From Candidatus Aenigmatarchaeota archaeon (GTDB taxonomy: Archaea; Aenigmatarchaeota; Aenigmatarchaeia; QMZP01), in the NCBI GenBank assembly GCA_043824495.1, contig JBDRSV010000001.1, forward strand, positions 1 through 63,492: a stretch of 63,492 bases of DNA, written 5' to 3'. Shown one piece after another: positions 56,578-63,492 of the stretch (position 1 is the first letter of the stretch; each line of letters opens with the position of its first letter). The notes beneath the pieces were generated by a model. It made no database searches. It worked only from the letters and a program-made list of their open reading frames with translations, and had not been told where the DNA came from. The position numbers and the translations under genes are program-made.

Positions 56578-58377
56578 CTATAAAACCATTTTCAAATTAT
56601 TAGTTGCTATACCACTCATTATATCTCTACCAACATCTGATTTCTTCTTGATTTTAATTGTACCTTTCTTTCCCACAGCTGCAGATAAGACGAACTTCTC
56701 TCCGTTATACAAATCTACTGTCTTTCCTCTTAAACTATTTTTGACTTTGATAACAATGAATGCTCCACTCTCAATGAAGTTCCATGGAACTTCACTCTTT
56801 AACGTGGATTCTCTAGGCTCCACTGAGATACTTATGTTAAGTCTCTTTTCTATCTCATCTATTGTTTTTCCTCCCTTTCCAATAAGCTGAGGAATCACAT
56901 TGTTTGGGACTTTCACTACTATTCTAGTGTCTGAGAGGAATTCCACATCTATATTACGATCCCATTTTCTTAGTTCTTGGTATATCCTATCTTTTGCTAA
57001 AGCTCTTAGAGGAGATTCTTCTTCTTCCTTTACAGGCAATACTATATTCTCCTCCCCATATGTGTAGATCTCATATTCTAGATGTTTTGTTGTGAAATCT
57101 CTTATTTCAACAACAGGCCTTGCAAGATCCTGTTCTTTCATTCCTGTTGGCACTCTTACAGTCAAGCTTACTTCGTAGATCTTTTTAATCTTTCCTGCTT
57201 CTATGAATATGACAATCTTAATTACATGAGGTATTACTCCTAGTTCCAGTCTTCCTATAAATCTCTGTATAGCACTCACAGGGTCTGTTGCATGTATAAC
57301 ACCAATCATTCCTACTCCTGCTAATCTCATATCTCCAAATACCCTGAAATCTTTTGTTTTTCGTATTTCATCAAATATTGTGTAATCTGGTCTTACTAGC
57401 AATAGAAGTTCAGCTGTTTTTTCCCAATCATTTTCTAGAGGAGCGTATTGTGTTATGTCCTTTCTAACTTGTAAGTCTCTTGGTTGTTCAAATGTTTTTA
57501 CAATTTTTCCATGACCTGCTAAGAAATTGGCCACGGCAGCTGCAAAACTTGATTTACCGGCAGCAGGAGCTCCTGAAATTAAGATTCCAGACTCTTTCAA
57601 TAAAGCATCTTCTAATTCTTTATGTAACTTGTAATCTTCCAGTTTGACTTTGGCTATAGGTCTTACAGCTGTAAGTTCTAAAGCTTCTGAGAAAGGAGGT
57701 CGTGTAATGGAGATTCTTGTAATTCCCATCTGAATAACCATTGCTCCATTTTTGGACATTTCAATAAAAGAATTTTCATCTGCACGTGTCTTCATTACTA
57801 TTTCTTCTATTATTTTTTCTAGTTCCACTTCTGTTATATTTTTTTTCCTGACTTCCACGAGCTTGACATTACCTGGTCTGCCTCTTTTAGCCAGAGGATT
57901 TACACCAGTTTTCAAATGAACAGATTGTGTTTCGCTAGTGAAGAAACTTTCTAGCTTTATTTTCCCTTTTGGTTTTTCCCTTGCAATATACTCTATATCA
58001 ACACCTTCAGCTTCTCCAACTAAAGCTTGAACATAATCACCTGTTATCAGGGTTCCTTTGAGTTTATTTGCCACATCACGAATTATCGCATCTATTCTCC
58101 CCTTTCTAGCCAATTGAATTTCTTCTAGAGTTGGTCTTGTTCCTGAGAATTCTAGAATGACATTTTTCTTTTCTCCTAATTTTCTGATATTTTTAATTTC
58201 TTCTAAACCATCAAATCCTATTTGTTTGCCTCTAGACGCCTGAGCTTGAAGCTCATCTAGAGCTGCATTTGGTATAACAATTTTCTTACCTTCAAGTTTG
58301 CCGTCTTTTATGAGTTGAGAAATCAAACCTTTCACAAGAATGGACGTGTCCGGTACCACTATTTTCGTTTTTATCAT
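56578..58377 (-). CDS. PINc/VapC-ATPase (PINA): PIN + P-loop ATPase + KH
   Basis: 'VPDTS' PIN start, 'GAPAAGKS', 'RPDYTIFDEIR', 'LIGKGG' KH motif. Confidence 0.9.
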   Translation of the reverse strand: MIKTKIVVPDTSILVKGLISQLIKDGKLEGKKIVIPNAALDELQAQASRGKQIGFDGLEEIKNIRKLGEKKNVILEFSGTRPTLEEIQLARKGRIDAIIRDVANKLKGTLITGDYVQALVGEAEGVDIEYIAREKPKGKIKLESFFTSETQSVHLKTGVNPLAKRGRPGNVKLVEVRKKNITEVELEKIIEEIVMKTRADENSFIEMSKNGAMVIQMGITRISITRPPFSEALELTAVRPIAKVKLEDYKLHKELEDALLKESGILISGAPAAGKSSFAAAVANFLAGHGKIVKTFEQPRDLQVRKDITQYAPLENDWEKTAELLLLVRPDYTIFDEIRKTKDFRVFGDMRLAGVGMIGVIHATDPVSAIQRFIGRLELGVIPHVIKIVIFIEAGKIKKIYEVSLTVRVPTGMKEQDLARPVVEIRDFTTKHLEYEIYTYGEENIVLPVKEEEESPLRALAKDRIYQELRKWDRNIDVEFLSDTRIVVKVPNNVIPQLIGKGGKTIDEIEKRLNISISVEPRESTLKSEVPWNFIESGAFIVIKVKNSLRGKTVDLYNGEKFVLSAAVGKKGTIKIKKKSDVGRDIMSGIATNNLKMVL

Positions 58378-58441
58378 GCTTTCACCATATATTATAATAA
58401 GGATAGGGTAGTATTAAAACCCGGCTTTAAAAGGTTAAAAC

Positions 58442-58987
58442 ATGGCTGATAAGTACATGCTAATTGAGAATATTGTAGGTCATATCGACCTAGATTTTAA
58501 AATACCATTGAAAAAGATAATGAAAGAGGCTGTGGCTTCCGATGTTCCTGGTGTTATTTATAAGGTAAATGAACCACAAGCGGCTGCTCTTATATTCTCT
58601 TCAGGAAAGATCGTTTGTACAGGAACAAGCAGTGTAGGAAAAGCACAAGACGCTATAAATGTCATACTAGAGAAGCTGAGGGTAAGAGGAGTCGACGCTC
58701 CTGCGACTTTGGAGATTAAGATCGATAATATAACAGCTGCAGCCAGAATACAAGCAGATTTGGACCTGGAGGAACTTGGCCACTCTCTCCATCACTGTAA
58801 ATACAATTCTTCTCTATCTGCTCTTGTTTGCCATATAGAAGACACCGGAGCAACGATCTTGTTATACAGTTCTGGTAGAATTCTTTGCACAAATACAAAA
58901 ACTATAGAATCTGTCCACAAATCTCTAGAAATATTGAAAAAGGACTTAGAGTCTGTTGGAGTTAGAGTCAAACAGCTTTTAATGTAA
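58442..58987 (+). CDS. tbp: TATA-binding protein paralog, degenerate
   Basis: Two TBP repeats ('IENIVG...LIFSSGKIVCTG', 'IDNITA...LLYSSGRILCT') lacking the YEPEQFPG loops. Confidence 0.75.
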   Translation: MADKYMLIENIVGHIDLDFKIPLKKIMKEAVASDVPGVIYKVNEPQAAALIFSSGKIVCTGTSSVGKAQDAINVILEKLRVRGVDAPATLEIKIDNITAAARIQADLDLEELGHSLHHCKYNSSLSALVCHIEDTGATILLYSSGRILCTNTKTIESVHKSLEILKKDLESVGVRVKQLLM

Positions 58988-58988
58988 C

Positions 58989-59174
58989 CTATTTCTTTCT
59001 GCTTCTATTGACTGTTTTATTCTTCCATTTGAAGGTTTTGAGCTTACTAGATTTACCAAAACCACACGAAGAACACTCTTTGTGTCTAACGTGATATGTA
59101 TGTTTACCACAACGTCTACATCTAATATGGGTCTTCTTGTTCCTCTTACCCATTGATGGTGTTCCTTTTGTCAT
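58989..59174 (-). CDS. rpl37e: 50S ribosomal protein L37e
   Basis: '[23 protein letters not shown]...CSSCGFG'; start taken at ATG 59174. Confidence 0.95.
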   Translation of the reverse strand: MTKGTPSMGKRNKKTHIRCRRCGKHTYHVRHKECSSCGFGKSSKLKTFKWKNKTVNRSRKK

Positions 59175-59227
59175 AGCTTCTTCTCCCAAATACTGGTCTA
59201 GAGATCCAAAACAACAAAAATACTAGT

Positions 59228-59443
59228 TTATTTCCCTGGTGAGATGTATACGATATTATCACCACGGATAAGGACCTTTCCTATTTTGATTTCCTTTTCA
59301 CCTTCGATCTTTGCTTCGTCTAACCATATGTTTATATGTGAGTCAAAGGCTTTCAGGGTCCCGATTATATCTTCGCCTAGTTTTGTTTTTACGATTATTG
59401 TTTTGTCTACTGAACTTCCTAGTACATCAAGCGGTCTCTGCAT
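59228..59443 (-). CDS. Sm-like (Lsm/SmAP) protein
   Basis: 'RPLDVL', 'GTLKAFDSHINIWLDEA', 'LIRGDNIVYISP'; upstream of rpl37e as is typical. Confidence 0.92.
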   Translation of the reverse strand: MQRPLDVLGSSVDKTIIVKTKLGEDIIGTLKAFDSHINIWLDEAKIEGEKEIKIGKVLIRGDNIVYISPGK

Positions 59444-59555
59444 ATTACGTTCCTTTACTTTACTTAGTTATATTTCTTTTATACCAAATGTATTTAAAGG
59501 TATTTATGCTTATTTAATCATCTTATATAAGCTATGTTGACAAGGAACTGATATT

Positions 59556-59945
59556 ATGCCTAAATGGAACCTAAAATCAAAGAGGAAAACAACTGGCGGA
59601 TTAATGAAGAAAATCCGCAAGAAAAAGAAAAGAGATAGAGGATCAGAATTCTTAGCTACAAGAATATCCAAGAAAACCACTAAAATTGTTAGAGGAAGGG
59701 GTGGAAATGAAAAAAGGAAATTACTTTCAGTTGAAAAAGTTAACTTGGTAGACAAGAAAACAAAGAAATCTCATGTAACAAATATTTTATCAGTTGAAAG
59801 CAACCCAGCAAATATTCATTACGTAAGAAGAAATGTAGTCACAAAGGGTGCAATTGTAAAAACGGAATTAGGTTCTGTCAGAATCACATCACGACCAGGA
59901 CAACATGGTGTTGTGAACGGCGTTTTAGTAGAAACAAAGAAGTAA
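59556..59945 (+). CDS. rps8e: 30S ribosomal protein S8e
   Basis: 'RKTTGG', 'RGRGGNEK', 'RRNVVTKGAIV', 'TSRPGQHGVVNG'. Confidence 0.95.
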   Translation: MPKWNLKSKRKTTGGLMKKIRKKKKRDRGSEFLATRISKKTTKIVRGRGGNEKRKLLSVEKVNLVDKKTKKSHVTNILSVESNPANIHYVRRNVVTKGAIVKTELGSVRITSRPGQHGVVNGVLVETKK

Positions 59946-60590
59946 TTATTCTAGATACTTATATATTTCATCCAAAGATAATATTCTTTTTGGATAGTCA
60001 GGGTGTTTGTTCTTGACATCGAATAATATTCCTTTGATACCAGCGTTTTCTGCTGCCTTTACATCATCTTCAAGTGTATCTCCAATCATAACGGTCTCCT
60101 CTTTTTTGACTTGAAGCTTCTTCAAGATGAAATCGAATATTCTTGGATCAGGTTTCAGCATCTCAACTTCATAAGATAATACAATATAATCAAACAAATC
60201 ACTTATTTTATATTCTCTATTTATTGCAGAGAAAATTTTTGGTTCGTAAGCATTACTGATGACCCCGAGTTTGAAATTCTTTTTCAACTTCTTCAATGTT
60301 TCTAATGTTTTTGGGTATGGGGTTATTTTATTCTTTTTCATGTCAGTTAGAATTATTCCAAGCTCTTTTGTCAAGGACTAACTAGGTTTTATTCTTAATT
60401 CATTGAGAAGGGTTCCTATTACCTTTTCTATATCTTCATGTCTGTGAAGCATTAGATGTTTCTCTAGTATTTTCACATAAGAATAATCGTCCATTGATTG
60501 ACCTATTTTTCTTGAAAAAACTTCCAACGGTCTTGGAGGACCACTGAAGAACAGCGTATTCCAGAAATCGAATATTATGGCCTTTATCAT
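59946..60590 (-). pseudogene. HAD-IA hydrolase interrupted by an in-frame TAG at 60378-60380
   Basis: Track ORFs 60378-60590 (motif I 'FDFWNTL') and 59946-60374 ('SN', 'KPDPRIF', 'GDTLEDD') are in one frame: ...AAA CCT AGT TAG TCC TTG ACA... Confidence 0.8.
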
Positions 60591-60621
60591 AGAATTTATT
60601 TAGTTGAATATTTAATAAACT

Positions 60622-62451
60622 CTACTTAAACTCGCCTTTCTTCCAGACTTCTGGTCTCTTGCCCTTCTTGACAACGGTTTGTGAAAGCATGCTCCATTCT
60701 TCTTCAGGCATTTCTAGAAGATCTTTTAGAGGCTCATACATATGATCTCTCATTATTTGGAATTGTCTATTGTAATCCCCTGCAACTCTACCCTTCACTC
60801 CAAAGAATTCTAGAGGCAGCTTATCCGGAGGCGTTTCTTTTTCTAAATATTCTGCCATTAATCTCAAAGCTTCTATAGATCTCTTGTACGGATCATCTCC
60901 TCCACCTCTCTCGAAAAGAAGATAAACCATTTTATTTCTACCCAATCCTGTCTTTCTTAGATTCCATAGAAGCTCATATAAGATAGTATCACCAAGTTCT
61001 ATTGGTTGATGTGGTTGAAGAGGATTTGGATGATTTGAATGCACACAGATCATGTACTCTCCTAGATCTTTTATTTTCGCTACTGTTTCTCTACTCTCCG
61101 TGAGAGCGTCAAGACCTTGTGTTGCTAAATGTTCATGATCTATTATACTCCACACTTTAGTTGTATCTAGAACTTTTCTTATTGTTTTTACAACTGAATA
61201 TATTTGTTTTGGTCTGAACAAGAAGTATAAACCAGCGTGTTGGGGCTCTCTCGCATCGGGAGTTTCCAAAGCTATTATCAGATTCTTTGTGATATTGGTT
61301 AGTTCTTCTCTTTCTTTTGGATCCTTTAACTTTGCAATCTCTTTTCCAATTAAATCATCTTTCATCCATTTGAATGCTCTTTTCAAATGACCTTCTACAT
61401 ACTTAGCCGCTATAGCTGCATAAAAGAATTCTTTGAAATCTCTATCATTATTGTCTTCTGATTTTTTCCAGGCTTCATCAAGCCAATAAAAATTATCATA
61501 ATCCAAGTTGTATTTTTCTAGCACATTTTTATATTGTTCCGCCATTGCCATCCATTGTGGGTCTTTTGTGTAGAATAAATGATGACCCATTATGTGATAT
61601 CCCTGGACAACACTTAATCCACCTCTAAGCTCTTCTGAATCCCAATCTTTTCCATCAGCCAATTTCTTTTCCAATTCATCATCAAATATCTTCTTTCTTA
61701 TCCTTGCGTCTTCAATTGATGTATCAGTTCTAATATCTGTTAATACTTTGTCAACTAATTTGTCTATACTAGGATCTCTTGTGTGAACCAGACCTCTCAT
61801 CAAAGCAGCATCAATAACAGCATTTATTTCTTCTTTACTCACTCCTCGTTTTGACAAAGCTTCTCTCAATCTTTTCTCTGTTTCTTGTCTTTTCCATTCA
61901 ATTTCTTCCACCTGAATTCTACTGGATATTTTTGTTATTTCATCATCTGTGAAAATATCTCTTCTCCATGAATCGTCTACAACTTTTTTAATGAACCATT
62001 TTCTTAATTTTGCATCTTCTTTTAGAATTTTAGAAATGAATCTTCCGCTTTCATCACAGAAAGAGAATGTAAGTTTTCTACCAGCATATGTCATAAGTTC
62101 TAACCATATATTCAGACAAGCGTGATAGTTTACGTATTTAGCTCCTGCATTAACAGCGGATCTGATAGATTTTCTTAACCTATCTTGAGCATCTCTCCAT
62201 TCACCTCTCTCTGGTATTTCGAATGGAACATTTAGATCACCATGAAATAATATTTCTACTCCTTGTTTTCTTGCAATATGTCTTATTTCAACACCATGAG
62301 AATAAGGAACTTCGTGAGCTACATCAGCCGCTATTTCTATAGCACTAGCACCTCTTGTTAACGCATATCCTAATTTTGAAATAGCGTTAGCTAATTCTTC
62401 TGATCTGGCAGCGTAATATATCCCCGTAGTCACAGCTACTTTTAGAGGCAT
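60622..62451 (-). CDS. Xylose isomerase/AP endonuclease 2-like TIM-barrel protein with a large helical insertion
   Basis: Likely start MPLKV at 62451; 'FHG', 'YHA', 'ETPD', 'IDHEH', 'VHSNH', 'FER' metal-site-like motifs. Confidence 0.6.
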   Translation of the reverse strand: MPLKVAVTTGIYYAARSEELANAISKLGYALTRGASAIEIAADVAHEVPYSHGVEIRHIARKQGVEILFHGDLNVPFEIPERGEWRDAQDRLRKSIRSAVNAGAKYVNYHACLNIWLELMTYAGRKLTFSFCDESGRFISKILKEDAKLRKWFIKKVVDDSWRRDIFTDDEITKISSRIQVEEIEWKRQETEKRLREALSKRGVSKEEINAVIDAALMRGLVHTRDPSIDKLVDKVLTDIRTDTSIEDARIRKKIFDDELEKKLADGKDWDSEELRGGLSVVQGYHIMGHHLFYTKDPQWMAMAEQYKNVLEKYNLDYDNFYWLDEAWKKSEDNNDRDFKEFFYAAIAAKYVEGHLKRAFKWMKDDLIGKEIAKLKDPKEREELTNITKNLIIALETPDAREPQHAGLYFLFRPKQIYSVVKTIRKVLDTTKVWSIIDHEHLATQGLDALTESRETVAKIKDLGEYMICVHSNHPNPLQPHQPIELGDTILYELLWNLRKTGLGRNKMVYLLFERGGGDDPYKRSIEALRLMAEYLEKETPPDKLPLEFFGVKGRVAGDYNRQFQIMRDHMYEPLKDLLEMPEEEWSMLSQTVVKKGKRPEVWKKGEFK

Positions 62452-62515
62452 GTTTATTATTAGGGTGGGAATGCATATAATAATGCTCCTCCAATATGAT
62501 ATATAGAGACTTAAT

Positions 62516-63492
62516 ATGACCAAAATAGACCCATGGGCATCAGAAACCATAAAGGACTATGATAGACTTATCAAGGACTTTGGAATGCAGCCGTTCAAAC
62601 CGCTGCTAAAGAAAATGGTAGATCCAACTCTATACATGAGAAGAGGTGTTATTTTTGGTCATAGAGATTTTGATAAAATTCTAGATGCTAAGAAAAATAA
62701 AAAAGACTTTGCAATGCTCACGGGTTTGATGCCTTCTGGAAAATTTCACCTAGGACACAAAATGGTTGCTGATCAGATAATTTATTATCAGAACATGGGA
62801 GCCAAAATTTTTGTTTGTGTTGCTGATATAGAGGCTTACAACGTCAGAGGAAACTCTTTAGAAGAGCTTAGAAAAACTGCAATAGAAGAGTATTTGTTAA
62901 ATTATATTGCCCTGGGTTTGAAACCTAAGAATTGTGATTTTTATTTCCAGAGTAAAAGATCAGAAGATGCAGATAAATCAAATGCATATTACAAACTCAT
63001 ACAAACAATACCAAAGAAAACAACTTTCAATGAAATGAAAGCTGTTTACGGTGATTTGACTCCAGGCAAAATAATTTCTGTATTTACACAAGTTGCAGAT
63101 ATTTTACATCCAGAACTTGATGAATTCGGTGGGCAGAAACCTGTTATTGTTCCCGTGGGGGCTGATCAAGATCCTCATATCAAATTGACAAGAGATATTG
63201 CTGCTAGATTTAACAAATCAAAAGATTACAAATTCTTTTTACCTAGCTCTACATATCACGAATTTTTGAAAGGACTGAAAGGGGGAAAGATGTCCAGTTC
63301 TGATCCTTATTCTTACATTGCTTTAACTGATGACGCTAAGACTGTGAAAGAAAAAATAAATAAACACGCATTTTCTGGAGGAAGAGAGACCGTTAAAGAA
63401 CATAGAGAAAAGGGCGGAAATCCTGATGTGGATATTTCTTATCAGATGTTATATTTCATGTTCGAAGAAGATGATAAGAAGATAAAAAAAAT
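62516..63492 (+). CDS. trpS: Tryptophanyl-tRNA synthetase, 3'-truncated by the window edge (absent from the ORF track)
   Basis: 'MTKIDPW', 'MRRGVIFGHRD', 'TGLMPSGKFHLGH', 'GADQDPH', 'GGKMSSS'. Confidence 0.95.
   Translation, partial: MTKIDPWASETIKDYDRLIKDFGMQPFKPLLKKMVDPTLYMRRGVIFGHRDFDKILDAKKNKKDFAMLTGLMPSGKFHLGHKMVADQIIYYQNMGAKIFVCVADIEAYNVRGNSLEELRKTAIEEYLLNYIALGLKPKNCDFYFQSKRSEDADKSNAYYKLIQTIPKKTTFNEMKAVYGDLTPGKIISVFTQVADILHPELDEFGGQKPVIVPVGADQDPHIKLTRDIAARFNKSKDYKFFLPSSTYHEFLKGLKGGKMSSSDPYSYIALTDDAKTVKEKINKHAFSGGRETVKEHREKGGNPDVDISYQMLYFMFEEDDKKIKK

Noticed and set aside
1-63492. CRISPR array, rRNA, IS/transposase, integrase, provirus or diversity-generating retroelement
   Set aside because: No regularly spaced repeats, rRNA-like tracts, recombinase or RT motifs, or near-identical TR/VR pair were seen.

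Overview
AT-rich archaeal chromosomal segment. The gene content and divergence point to a DPANN archaeon, possibly Aenigmatarchaeota-like (inference). Core genes (hisS, cysS, trpS partial, rpl35ae, rps3ae, rpl37e, rps8e, Lsm, rnp3, rnhB, lhr, herA-like, mre11-like, PINA, DHH/RecJ-like, ThiF) are interleaved with two large clusters of Cys-rich, modular surface or adhesin proteins (about 1-19.3 kb on +, about 34.5-48.2 kb on -). The main discovery is not in the ORF track: an initiator tRNA-Met gene at 20304-20461 interrupted by four bulge-helix-bulge (BHB) micro-introns at positions 7/8, 29/30, 37/38 and 44/45. Removing them yields a textbook 75-nt archaeal tRNA-iMet. The 7/8 intron uses the 5' leader as its outer helix, and the gene lies 24 nt downstream of a free-standing two-motif LAGLIDADG endonuclease gene. 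Other oddities: a tRNA-His gene read in frame inside an AbrB-like CDS and followed by hutH and hisS; a HutH with an Ala-Cys-Gly rather than Ala-Ser-Gly MIO triad; two new-looking C-terminal anchor motif families; a BshA-like glycosyltransferase coupled to an ATP-grasp ligase; a UUU_CGC +1 frameshift; an amber-interrupted HAD gene; and a degenerate TBP paralog. No CRISPR array, rRNA, integrase or transposase was seen. All calls are by eye from motifs; no database searches were run.
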